From Hydrolagus affinis (lineage: Eukaryota): a DNA stretch of 64,000 nt. A program made the position numbers and the translations under genes. Shown one piece after another: positions 12,202-23,410 of the stretch (the first letter of the stretch is position 1; each line of letters opens with the position of its first letter). Below the pieces are notes generated by a model. That model searched no databases and was not told where the DNA came from. It was given only the letters and a program-made list of their open reading frames with translations. The stretch is taken from NCBI GenBank assembly GCA_012026655.1, contig JAAILG010000147.1:62001-126000 (forward strand), in the 5' to 3' direction.

Positions 12202-13711
12202 CTATTAAAAAGACAAATGGCTGAAAATGACAGCGCAAAAAGCAAAGAAAATAGTACAGCTACCATTGAGGGGAGTGAGTCTTCAGTAGGATTCATGTTC
12301 AAAGAACCTCTACTTCAGGGAATTTCTGTGACTATCATGCAGATTAATATTAGCATGAATTTCCATGTCTGTGTGGAAAGAGACAATTTAAGCGCTTGTG
12401 ATATGTTGAAGATGAGACGAAGGAGACATTTCAAAAAGAGGATCTTCTGGCGTTGGACAGTAAAATTCTTTGATGAATTGTTTCTGATCTTTTTTCTTAC
12501 CCTTTTTTTTAGACACAGATCTTATAGAATAGTGGTATTATATGAAAGCCTTTGCCATTTCAACACTGTCATGTTCAATCATTGATTAACAAAAACATAT
12601 CTGAAATAGTAACTTCTGCATTTCAAACTCAAAAACCTGGGTGCATTTTATTTGGTGGTGAATGGAAAATCAAAGATTGATAGGGTACAGAAGTGGAAAA
12701 TCAAAATAAGTTTAACAGCTTGGCAGTGTGCGTTGAAGTATCACAGTGCCATATTATGGAGCATTCACGTCCGTGTTCTCTCATAACTTGACTTCTTAAC
12801 CAGACTGCTTTGCGAGAGAGCAATTAAACCCACACCTTACCACTGTACTTATGGCTTGTTATGATTGACACAGTGTGTCACAGGAATAGATCTGGGAATA
12901 GGTTTTCTGCATTCCTGATCCGAGGATAGAATATTCCTGAAAAGAGAGGGAAGTGAGACACTTTTCAAGAAAGATTTTTTTTCTCTGAAATACCATATGG
13001 TATTATAGCAAAACTCATGACATCCTTCATGGGTTGCAGTCTCATAGACTAACAGATATTTCCTTCAATTAATCTGCTTCCGCATGCAGTCATAAGGACT
13101 AGATAACTCAAATAAATACTCACAGCCTTTGACACCAGTGAAAGACTGCACAATGTACTGATGAAGTAAAGGTAACTCTATTTCAGATAAGTTTTCATTT
13201 TACAAGTAATTAACCTTGTGTTAAAATGGCAAAGGCTTGCAATGTTATCCTACTATTCTATAGTATCGGTCTGCCTGTCTGTCATGAGTAATCCTTATTG
13301 TAAAATAATACAGTAGACCTTGTTATAATGTACAGTTTGGGAGATGGCCAAATGACTCATTAAAAGGTGGTCACGATAGCAACTTTACATGTTCCTGCTG
13401 GGCAGAAACATGACCATAATAGCTGGAGCCATTGTTTTGTCCTGAAGCTATTGTTGATGGCAACGTTTTTATTGTTTTACATGGTTTTCCACTATCCTGG
13501 TTATATCAACAATATTTAACATGCAAAACAAGTGTCTTTTCAAAGGTTGATTCCTAAGGACATTATTGTGGCAAAGAGTTCATCATTTTTTTTAAAAGTG
13601 TGGGAGGAGGGGATTTAATGGTCTAAATGTTCTCTTTGTACCAAGCTAGTTCCTGTATCTCGTATGTGATCAAGCTTGAATAGACTTGATCTTAGCTGCC
13701 TCTGTCCATTG

Positions 13712-13818
13712 CCCACAGAATATACAGTCAATTGACTTTTTGCAGGGTATTCTATTAGCACTTTGAGACTTGTCGAAGACGTGATAAGGCGCTATATCAA
13801 ACGCGAGGATTATTACTA
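13712..13818 (+). mobile_element. SINE 3' tail fragment
   Basis: 'cacagaatatacagtcaattgac...gacgtgataaggcgctatatcaaacgcgaggattattact'. Confidence 0.8.
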
Positions 13819-14185
13819 CCTTGCTCGCTTCCCCACAGTGCTGCTGTGCAATGCCAATTCAATCTCTAGGAAGACTGCTCAGGGTATTGCTGTTGCTTAC
13901 TAATTAGAACCATTGAAATTTAGATATTTTCAACTATTCTTTGATCTTCTGGGGCCAGGGAAGATGAAAAGAAAAATATGGGATATGAGGAGCAGTAAAT
14001 GCTGAAACAGAGATAGCAATGCATAGATGAAGGGGGTACATCTAAAGAAGCATTTCCTTTGTACGTTCCGCATTACTTCATGTTAATGTCCAATGTACAT
14101 TTCTTTGTTCTCAATTTGTTTTGGGTTACATTATTATTGGGCTTCCTTTCCACCACTTATGCCTAGGAGAGCTAGGGTTTGGCTG

Positions 14186-14400
14186 TACCTATCGAATTCC
14201 CTTTTGAAAGCCACTATCTAATCTGCTTCCAAGAACCTTTCAGGCAGTGCATTCCAGACCATAACAACGCTTTGGGTAAAAAAAATTCTGTGGTCTTCCT
14301 CTCTGGTTCTTTTGCCAACCATCTTAAATGTGGAGTCCTGTAGGTTAGAACATTCGCCTTGCAAGTTAGAGACCTGGGATCATTTCTAGGCAGGGAAAAC
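14186..14400. mobile_element. CR1 3' fragment (-) abutting a SINE tRNA head (+)
   Basis: 'cccttttgaaag...ctttcaggcagtgcattccagaccataacaac' (CR1, reverse), then 'ggagtcctgtaggttagaacattcgccttgcaag' at about 14331. Confidence 0.6.
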
Positions 14401-15504
14401 CTTTTCTCGTCTAGCATTTCTTAATGAGGACAATTGTGTCACCCTCGTCTCTTTGTATCTCTCACCTCAGCAAGTTCTGCTACAAAGACCAGATCAAAAA
14501 CAGAGACTTGGGCTCAGTTTTATTCCTTTTTCTAAACAAGGATTTAAGAAGCTTTCAGCGATGTACTTTTAAATAAGTGCATTTTGTCTGCTTGCAATCC
14601 TCCTTCACCATTATATAACTGCACTAATATTTCAAGCGAGGAAAAGTTAAAATCAACAGGTTTGAGGAAATTCAAAGTGTGGTGCTTAGAAAATGTAACA
14701 TTTCGGCAAAGACTGATATGAATACCATTGCTATAGTAGAGCAACTGCACTCAAGTACTTTTGAGAGGCTGTGTGGATATTTAAGACCAAACACATGGTC
14801 AACGACTTAGTGGTGACCTGATTATATTTTAAAAATCAATCTTCGCAGTTATCCTTTCAAAATGTTTCTCCATAGAGTTGTGTATAGATGTTTCATTTTA
14901 AAACAGAAAGAAGGATCTTTGTTTCCAAATCCCAAAGCTTTGCCCCCTGCCCCCGCACCATACAAATGTAAAACCTTTAATTATGTATTACTTCACATGT
15001 AATATTTTTAGTTGCAGTCTCTTGAGGAAGTGGAAATGTTTTCCCTGGAGGAATAATAGAGATGTTTCTTGGCTTCTGATTTTTCTTCCGAGTTGCATGC
15101 ATGAGCTGCCTGAGGCCAGTAAATGAGGTAGAAGGGCGAGGTAGAAGAAGTCAGCTTACCTTGCTGACTTTGAAGACACTTTTTGTATATCCAAGAGTCC
15201 GTCATCAGCATGCTGGTATTGTGGACAGACCTGCACATGAGTCACTCACCTAGTGAAACTTTATTAACAAAAGGTCAGTTATCTTAGTGAGATCTACCAC
15301 ATGTGAAGGGCGCTCTATGAATGCAAGTTTTATCTTTCCTCACATTGACCGCAATGCTGTGAGCATGTGTGTTTAGACTTGAGCCAAGAGAGACTTATAT
15401 TAGTAACACGTGTATTTTATACATGTTTTGTCCTCAGGAAGCATTACTTTACGTGTTTCTTGCAAGTGCTATTTACAGATCCTTTGTGGAAGTGTTTAGC
15501 TTCA

Positions 15505-15959
15505 TGACCCCCCATCCTCCCCCGACTCCATTGGCTCCCCATCACCCAGAGCATCCAATTCAGGATCCTGGCCCTCACCTTCAAAACCCTCCAAGGCCTC
15601 ACTCTATCTCTGTGATCTCCTGACCCCCTACCAACATGCCCATCCCATCTGCTGTGGCCTGCTCCACATACCCAGAACCACTCACCCCACCATTGGTGGA
15701 CAAGCCTTCAGCCATTCTGCCCCCAATTTTTGGAACTTCATCCCACTGTTCCTCTGCCTCGACCTCACCCAAGCCTACTTCAAGTCCCGCCTCTTCGACA
15801 GTCCAATTGGTCATCCCAAATTCCTCCCTTTCCCTCCATCCTCCCCATCCCCGACGGACCCCAGCTCGGGTCTGAAAAAATGACTGTCTGGCGCCTTGGG
15901 ATGTCCTCTTGACATGAAAGGTGCTATACAAGTGTAATTTTGTTCTTGTTGTTGTTGTT
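15505..15959 (+). mobile_element. L2 LINE 3' end (ORF2 C-terminus, 3' UTR, (ttg)n tail)
   Basis: Translates as TPILPRLHWLPITQSIQFRILALTFKTLQGL (L2 LHWLP motif). Ends 'gaaaggtgctatacaagtgtaattttgttcttgttgttgttgtt'. Confidence 0.85.
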
Positions 15960-16064
15960 CCATCAATCTATGTTGTCTTACCACAGTTTACTCCTCCCTG
16001 AAAGGTTGGAAATCTTCACTGCAATTGTCCCATACAGGTGTTTTCAGATTCTGAAGATCCGAAG

Positions 16065-16225
16065 CTCATAACAGCTTTTGAGGGAGAAGTCGATCGTTAT
16101 TTGAGTTTGCAGGGCTGTAGAGAGCAAGCGAGGGAGTTGGATTGATTTTGACAGCTATTTTTAAAGAGCCAGCAGAGACACGATGGGTCGAATGGCCTCG
16201 ATCTGTGCTATATAAATTCGATGAT
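16065..16225 (+). mobile_element. CR1 3' end fragment
   Basis: 'ataacagcttttgagggagaagtcgat...agagccagcagagacacgatgggtcgaatggcct'. Confidence 0.75.
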
Positions 16226-16267
16226 CAGAAGGCCCGCGGATAAGGAGGGAGCCGACCGACTGACCGA

Positions 16268-17900
16268 GCTGAAGTCCAGAGGTAAATAAGGTTACAGCCA
16301 TGGATGGGCTCCAGGTCAACTTTTGAATAACTGAGGAGGTGCCAGGCAAGCCACAACCGACAGAAAGGAGCCTCCTTGTCAAACCTGCAAATGATGAAAC
16401 TGTGTGAGAAATTCATCCAGAAATATGAAAAATTGTATCATCTCACAAAGATCAGTCAAACTAGCAACAATGATCGATCCCACAGGGCTCCCGTTACCCA
16501 AGGTTCAGATTCTTTCTCTTCACCACCACAGAGAAACACCATTACACGTGATTTACAGTGCAGAAGGACAATTGCAAACTTTCAGCCCTGAAGTGACTCA
16601 ACCACCCACTCAAGCCAAGGGGCAGAACCAACTCAGACAAGTTAACAATTCAGCCAATCCAACAACCCCAACTGTGATCCCATCTCTGCCTAACCGACTC
16701 GACCACTGCACTAAATACTGACTCGTGGCAGCTACACTGACCCACCCCCAGCAGAGACCGACTCTTGGCAGCTGCACATTGCCGGTCGCTAGCAAACCAG
16801 CCGTGCAAATAGCTCCGACCTGGCCCTGGCGGCGACTGACCTGAGGGAACTGCACTGAGCCAGGCCTGACAGACTCTAGCCCTCCTCAACTGTCCATGAC
16901 CAACCTCGGCAAACAGACACTGACTCTACTCCTGCACTGAATAAACTAGCGCTCGACCACTGGCCCCAACAGAAACTGACTCTCAGCCACCAAACTGATC
17001 CAACATTTGCAGACACCACCTCTGGGCAAATAAACTCACCCAACCTTCACATACATTCAAGTACAGACAAATTTACTTCCTTATCTCAGCTTAAACTATT
17101 GCAACAGAAATTATTATATCTTATTTTATACCGTGTAACTATAGTTCCTAACCTCAATCTCCATGTTGCTACATGCTGTGTTCATCAATTCTATCCTCAA
17201 TCTGACCTGTGAGCTCCACATTAACCCAACAACATCTCTCTGGTCCTGTCCCCATCAAACCTCAGCCTCTGTTCCTGACAACTTCCCCTCTTGATCTACA
17301 ATGTGATTCAGATATTGGCTCATTTGTGTTCGGATGTCGGACATCCTGCATGGAGTCCACATAGTGTTGCCAAACCTCTGGAGTGTAGAAAGGTGCCAAA
17401 GAGAGAGAGAAAGAGTGTAATAGCTTTAGTTGGCACTGTGAGGTTTCCACTATTACACTTGCCTGATCTATGAATCCCGAGGTGCTAAAGCCACAGTCAA
17501 AGAAAAACAGCTCAAGTTTCAGACATATCTTAAGTTGACGGCTGAGGTGATGCCCAGAGGCAAATAAGGTCACTCACAGGTATAGATGGGCTCCAGGTCA
17601 ACTTCGGAATAACCGAGGAAATCCCAGCCAAGCAACAACCGAGAGAAAGGAGCCTCCTCGTCAAACCTTGAAATGCTGAAACAGAGTATGAGAAATTGAT
17701 CCATAGATACAACAAATTGTATCATCTCACTCACAAAGATCAGTCAACCCAACCCAACAACTAAACCAACTCAGCCCTGAATCCAATCAACTGAAACAAG
17801 TCTCAGCCCTGAACCATCTCAACAACTAAAGCAACTCAGCCCTCAACCAGAAACTGATTCTCGGCAGCTACACAATGCCAGTTGCTAGCAAACTGACTCT
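16268..17900 (+). repeat. Unclassified diverged direct repeat (units about 16268-16800 and 17545-17900)
   Basis: Shared blocks in the same order: gatgggctccaggtcaactt, gaaaggagcctcct-gtcaaacct, aaattgtatcatctcac, tcagccctgaa, ggcagct-caca-tgcc-gt-gctagcaaac. Confidence 0.85.
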
Positions 17901-18140
17901 GTTTTTTTGCCTGTTAACCACTCTTCAATCCATGCTAATATATTACCTTTAATTCCATGAGCCATTATCTTATTTAACAGCCTTTTATGTGGCATCTTGT
18001 CGAATGCCTTCTGAAAATCCAGATACACTATATCTACTGATTTCCCCCTATCTAACCTGCTAGGTACATCTTAAAAAAACTAAGATTTATTAGACACAAT
18101 TTTCCTTTCATAAAGCCGTGTTGACTCTGCCCAATCCCAC

Positions 18141-18440
18141 AATAATCCTTGCATTTAACATAGCCATTATCACGTCTTCTAGATTGTGTCTCAAAGCGCT
18201 TCACAGGATATACTGTAAAGTGAATTGACTGGATATTTGTGAGACAGCAGCCGATTTTGCACAGCAGTGTCCACACAAACAGTCGTGGATAGAACTGACC
18301 AATTTATTTATTTTTTTGGAACGATTATTACCAGATGTCTCATATAAGGAAACTTGCCTGAGGTTTCGATCTGACCTGAAATCGAACCCAGGTCTCTCGC
18401 TTGGAAGGTGAATGCTCCAACCACTGAGCTACAGGACTCC
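18141..18440 (-). mobile_element. Full-length tRNA-derived SINE inserted in CR1
   Basis: Head ggagtcctgtagctcagtggttggagc...gggttcgatttc, tail aaatgcaaggattatt. Flanked by a probable TSD acaat (18139-18143 and 18441-18445). Confidence 0.9.
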
Positions 18441-18683
18441 ACAATCAGATTTCTCTTGTACTAATGCTCTACTGACATTAATTCCTTTAAGTTCCTCACT
18501 TACATAAGCCTCTTGATTCCCTGCTATTTTAGTTAAGTTTTCATTGTCTTCTAAAGTGAAGAGGGAAACAAATTATTAGTTTAAAGACTCTACCATTTCT
18601 TTATTCCTCATTATAATTTCTCCTGTCTCTGCTGCAATGGACCCACATGAACTTTTGTTAAGCTCTTCAGTTGATATGCAGGC

Positions 18684-18778
18684 GGAGTCCTGTAGTTCAG
18701 GAGTTAGAGCACTCGCCTCACAAGCGAGAGAACTGGGTTTGATTTTCAGCAGGTCAGGGCGAAACCTGATTATTAATA
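18684..18778 (+). mobile_element. Mini-SINE: tRNA head joined directly to a gattatt tail
   Basis: ggagtcctgtagttcaggagttagagcactcgcctcacaagcgagag...cagggcgaaacct|gattattaat. Confidence 0.75.
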
Positions 18779-18903
18779 TAATCTTTTAAAAGCTCTTACA
18801 GTCTGTCTTCATATCTCTAGTTAGTTTACTCTCATATTCCATCTTCTCCCTCTTGATCAGTTTCTTGGTTTCCTTTGCTGATCTTTAAAACTCTCCCAAT
18901 CCT

Positions 18904-18972
18904 AGAACATAAGAATAAGGAGCAGCAGTAGGCCATTCCACCCTTCGAGCCTGCCCTGCCGTTCAATAACAT
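18904..18972 (-). mobile_element. CR1 3' tail fragment
   Basis: 'agaacataagaataaggagcagcagtaggccattccacccttcgagcctgc'. Confidence 0.8.
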
Positions 18973-19022
18973 CTTGGGAAAACTCAGCAGGTCAGGCAGC
19001 ATCTATGGAGAAAGGAAAAGTG

Positions 19023-19059
19023 AGTTAATGTTTCGGGTCCACAACCCTTCGTCAGAACT
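19023..19059 (-). ncRNA. Minimal type-I hammerhead ribozyme-like motif (probably mutated)
   Basis: Minus RNA: AGUU-CUGACGA-A-GGGU(UGUGG)ACCC-GAAA-CAUU-AACU. Core boxes, stem I and stem II are present. Stem III reads ACAU instead of palindromic ACGU. Confidence 0.7.
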
Positions 19060-19607
19060 GAGGTATGTTGAGAGGGAGAGGCTTTTAAGGATTAACAGAG
19101 GGGAAGAGGCAGGGCAAGAAAGACAAAGGGGAAAGTGGGGTAGAGGGCAGGAGATGATGGGTTAAAGAGATGTTAATGTTGTGAAATAAAAGACTGGGGT
19201 GGCAACAAAACTGCAGAGGAGAGATCTTAATAACATTAAATCAAACAAAGAGAGGCTGAAATTGCCAAAGAACAGGCAGATCAGATGGTCACAGAAAAGG
19301 GGGGAGGTGAGCTGTTATGGTTTGAAATTGTTGAAATCAATATGAAGGCCAGAGGGCTGTGAGGGCCCTAGCAGATGGATAAGGTGCTGTTCCTCAAGCT
19401 TGCGCTGCGGTTCATTGGAACAGTGTGAGAGACCATGGATGGAGAGGTCAGACTGTGAGTGGGAAAGAAAATTAAAATGGCATGAAACCAGTATATTATA
19501 TTTCCTGACAGAACGGAGGTGTTCGGCAAATCGGTTACCCAATCTGCGTTTGGTCTCCCCAATGTTGAGGAGACCTCGTCGTGAGCAACGGATGCAATAT
19601 ACTACAT

Positions 19608-19771
19608 AGAATCATAGAATCGTAGAATCTTACGGCACAAAAGGAGGCCATTCGGCCCATTGAGTCTGTGCCGGCTATTTAAAAACAGCAATTTAATCCT
19701 ACTCCCCAGCTCTCGCCCCATAAACTCACAAACCCATTCTCCCGAAATAAATGTCTACATCCTACAGCGTG
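19608..19771 (-). mobile_element. CR1 3' fragment inserted in the Penelope ORF
   Basis: (catagaat)n tail and 'ggaggccattcggcccattgagtctgtgccggct'. TSD ctacat at 19602-19607 and 19772-19777. Confidence 0.9.
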
Positions 19772-21519
19772 CTACATTGGTGGTAGTACACGTAAAACGC
19801 TGTTTCACATAAAAATTGTACTTGGGGCCTTGGACTGTGGTCTGGGAAGAGGTGAAAGAGCAAGTATTCCACCTCCTGCGCCGGCATGGGAAGGTGCCGG
19901 GGGAAAGGGAGTAACAGCTGGTTAAGATGGAGGAACGAACCAGGGAGTCACGGAGGGAAAGGTCCCTTCGGAATGCTGAGAGGGGAGGGGAATACTGTAT
20001 TATTATATGCCAACCACAAACACATAAAATTGTATTGTATAGATTGAATGAGATAATCAAACATGAAAAAGAAAAAAAAACATGATAATTCACTGGTTAT
20101 GAAAACCCATTATGTTTATCTACAAAACGCATAGTCACTACACTTCACATTATATTTTATGAAGGGCTTTAAGATGTCCTCCTGGCATGAAAAGTGCCAG
20201 ATCCAATCGATTATTGTTTTTGTATTTGAAAAGAGTATTAAATCAATATTGTAATAAAGGGATCCACCCCACCATCAGTGGGCAAGCTTTCAACCATTCT
20301 GCCAACACACTCTGAAACTCCATCCCAGTTCTTCCAACGAGCCCTCTCCCTCCCAACTTCTAAAAGTTGCCTTAAGACTGAAATACGCCCTCAATTGCCA
20401 CACGCTCAGTCATCTTATTCAGTGCCCTCCTCCACCCCCTCACCACCCCACCCCACCCCCCCAACCCCAAACTCAAATGCCCATCTGTGTAACGTGCTGT
20501 GAAACACCTTTTCGACATGAAAGGATCTATATAAATGTAAATCGTATTGCACTGATGTGGATTGAGATGAACAAACACTTCGCAGACACAATGATTTCCA
20601 ATACGAAATGCTCTCTGCAGGGGAGAAGTCCCAGCTATGAATCATATTGATATGGTATGGAGATTTGTGCTATTGCCTTTGTAATTTCCCCCACAGTTAG
20701 AGAGTGCGGTGAAATCCATAATAAGATTGATTTTGTGCAGACTTGAAGGGAGCAGCCCTTGCTGGACTGAATGTCCTTATCTTGTTCCACACTTTGTGTT
20801 CAAAACTGAGAGGGTGGCCTGAATGGGTAGCTTTGCCTGCAATGTGTTTGATTGAAACTTGCGATGTACATATTATGTGCTGAGCAGCATTTGATTGCAG
20901 GCTAATCCGTCAGTGGAATGGCAAGAAGCTGTAAAATGTGGTTATGCAGTACAATCGCCGAAAATGTCTTTCACTATTAAAGTCTCGTGGCAGCCAGCAC
21001 TGCTGCCTTAGCAAGGTTACACACAGGCTCACAGCACCATGCGATGCGCTATAGATTCTCAGCTGATGTCTTCCATTAGATTTGGAACATATTGAAACGC
21101 AGCAATACCCCAGAGACAATCGCAGGTAGTGTCATTTAAGAAAAATTAATAAGGCTACGATAAGCATCAATAAAGTGGACTCTTACCCATAGCAGGGGTT
21201 ATCCATCAAGATACTCGCAAAAGTGCAGCAATTATTCTGTTTTTCTTTACCAATCATTTTTGTAACCGAGAGAATTTTCCCTTTGGGTGCCCTGAACAGC
21301 TTGTGGTCAGTGATAAATCAATCTGTAAAATGATTTCAATCATGGATTAGTTAAAATAAATGAATCATATCAATTGCTTCTGTCATAGGAGAAATGAGGT
21401 TCCGAAACACAAAGTAACATCTTTTATGCAACAGCTGAGATCCCCATTGTACGTGCGTCCGAAGCCCAGGAAATCCTGGGGACGCACAGCAGCGGGTCAA
21501 CCGCCATCTGACAGCGGTT

Positions 21520-21635
21520 AAGGTTTTCATCAGAACCGGAGCGACAAACTGTCACACCCAAAAGATTAACTTCATTTTTTCTTTCAGATGCTGACGGACC
21601 TTCTGTGCAGCTCCAGCAGTTTGTGTTATGAATGC
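21520..21635 (+). mobile_element. Degenerate Penelope 3' repeat fragment
   Basis: 'ttaacttc...tttcagatgctgacggaccttctgtgcagctccagcagtttgtgt' resembles the reverse complement of 18975-19030. Ribozyme core is lost. Confidence 0.55.
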
Positions 21636-21935
21636 GAGTGGCCTGAATTGGTTCCAGCCCCAATTCAGAGAAATGACAGTCTCTTGAAAGTGCTTCTATT
21701 AAGGGACTAATTTCGGTAGTACAGTCATCTCCTTAAGAATGCTCATCACAAAAAAAAACGCACATTATTTGACCCTCACTCAGAAAAAATACCTAAGCCA
21801 CTTTACTGCTGGAAGTGATAAAGCTTTTGCTTCCAGCGAGCATAAAGCTTTCAAGAAGAAAGCTTTCAAGAATTGAATATTTTCATGGAACAGATGAATC
21901 CAGTGGTGGCCAACACTTATGGGCAATAAAATAAA

Positions 21936-21996
21936 TTTTCTTGATTGAATATTTATTGATCTATGCCATGAATTAAGAAATATTCAATCAAGAAAA
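21936..21996. repeat. Perfect 19-bp inverted repeat (61-nt hairpin)
   Basis: ttttcttgattgaatattt (21936-21954) / aaatattcaatcaagaaaa (21978-21996). Confidence 0.95.
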
Positions 21997-22199
21997 AAAA
22001 CTGAAAATGCATTGATGATTGAACACAGACTTACCTAGACTTGTGGGGATGTTCAGGGGGCTGATTCTTGATGCTGGCCCCTGGGCCACTGGTCGGTCAC
22101 CACTGGATTAAACCAAGGAAAATTGACCTTGTCCTAACCATTTTTATGAAATTCATCATCTTTTCTAAAACATTGGTTAATTTACATTGAAATAATATC

Positions 22200-22330
22200 C
22201 TCCACATCCCCTCAGCCCCACCCAGCTCCCAGCTCCCAGCTCCAGCTCGGGGGCCAAGCCATTATTGTTAAGCACTTTGGGACGTTGTACCGAGTGAAAG
22301 GCACCATATAAATGTAAATTTGTATAGTAT
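22200..22330 (+). mobile_element. L2-type 3' tail
   Basis: 'aagcactttgggacgttg...gtgaaaggcaccatataaatgtaaatttg', preceded by tandem cccagct. Confidence 0.6.
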
Positions 22331-23284
22331 TAGTGCTGGTGCTTAATTTCCAACTCTCCAGAGTATTGTGCAGATTATAGTTCCTGTTAAAGTCAGTGCA
22401 CATTGCTTTTATGTACTGCATCCTTCATGCTGGCGCCTTTGCCTCAAACATGCTGTTCATGAGGATTAACTGATCCAGTAAGGACAGATGTCAGCAATGT
22501 GTTTACCCTCAAATAAGAGAACGTTTAACTATATGCCAACCCACAATATTCATCAGTAGAGCTCCCAGCGGATTGTGGCTGAAAGGTGAGCTAATGCACC
22601 ATCAGAGACAAATAAGTAATAGATGCACGACTCCCCCATATGTCAGCAGCGAAGTGAATAACAGCCGTGTGCACCTTATTAGTGGAAGCACTTTATGTTT
22701 GCATTCTAAATAAATGACTGAGTTGTAAAATTGCAAGGGATTGGGATTGCTAGGTTGCAAATAGCCAATTAATTTCAAACCTTAGTAACCTCTTCAGAAA
22801 TGTTGTACATACGGGTACAGGTTGAGAGCAAATATTCCCCCAAATCAACTGCGATCTCTGTGAGCACCGGGCTGATCAGCAGAACATTGTGTCTTGTGTT
22901 CTAAGGAGTGCTGGGTGATTAATTTTTATGCCTTTGTTCTTTCCCAGTTGTGGTATAGAGACTAAAGAGGGAAAAAGAGACTAGTAAATGAGGAGATTGC
23001 ACTTCAGATACATTTGTTGCTACCAACACAATCCAAATTACCACCTTGGGTCTGGCATAATGTGCAGCAAGATGGAAAGATTGCAGATGTGTCATTATTC
23101 TGCTAGTTCCCAAATTAGCTTTGTGCCTGTCTATCTTTATACTCTTCTATGTGTAAACAGACAGCCTGCTGTTAATCTCATCTTCCTCCTGAGCACTCTT
23201 CTGCCCATTGATTTATATGTAGGCTTTATCACTGAGGCTGTGCCTTGCACTGAGCTATATTCTCTGCTGTTTTTTCTCTCTTTC

Positions 23285-23410
23285 TGGGCATAAAGTGATT
23301 TGTACACGAGTGTGAGAATCTTGCAATCGATCTGTTCTGTAATAGGGAGCCTAGCAAGGACTGGGGGTGATGGGGGTAGAGAGTTTTGGGTGTGGGTGAG
23401 GATAATGGCA
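23285..23410 (-). mobile_element. L2 ORF2 C-terminal fragment
   Basis: SPPVLARLPITEQIDCKILTLVYKSLY resembles L2 'TPVL..LHWLPI..RI.FKIL.L.YK.L'. Confidence 0.7.

Larger units (their letters stand above)
17903..18903 (-). mobile_element. Decayed CR1 LINE ORF2 (RT) fragment interrupted by SINEs
   Basis: Minus strand reads QSQHGFMKGKLCLINL...VDIVYLDFQKAFDKMPHKRLLNKIMAHGIKGNILAWIEEWL (CR1 RT motifs). Confidence 0.9.
18975..19991 (-). mobile_element. Penelope-like retroelement 3' part: GIY-YIG endonuclease and 3' repeat
   Basis: Removing the CR1 insert restores PGTFPCRRRRWNTC...FTCTTTNVVYCIRCSRRGLLNIGETKRRLGNRFAEHLRSV...HFN...RKLEEQHLIHLLG...PSGLHIDF*, a Penelope-type GIY-YIG domain. Confidence 0.9.
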
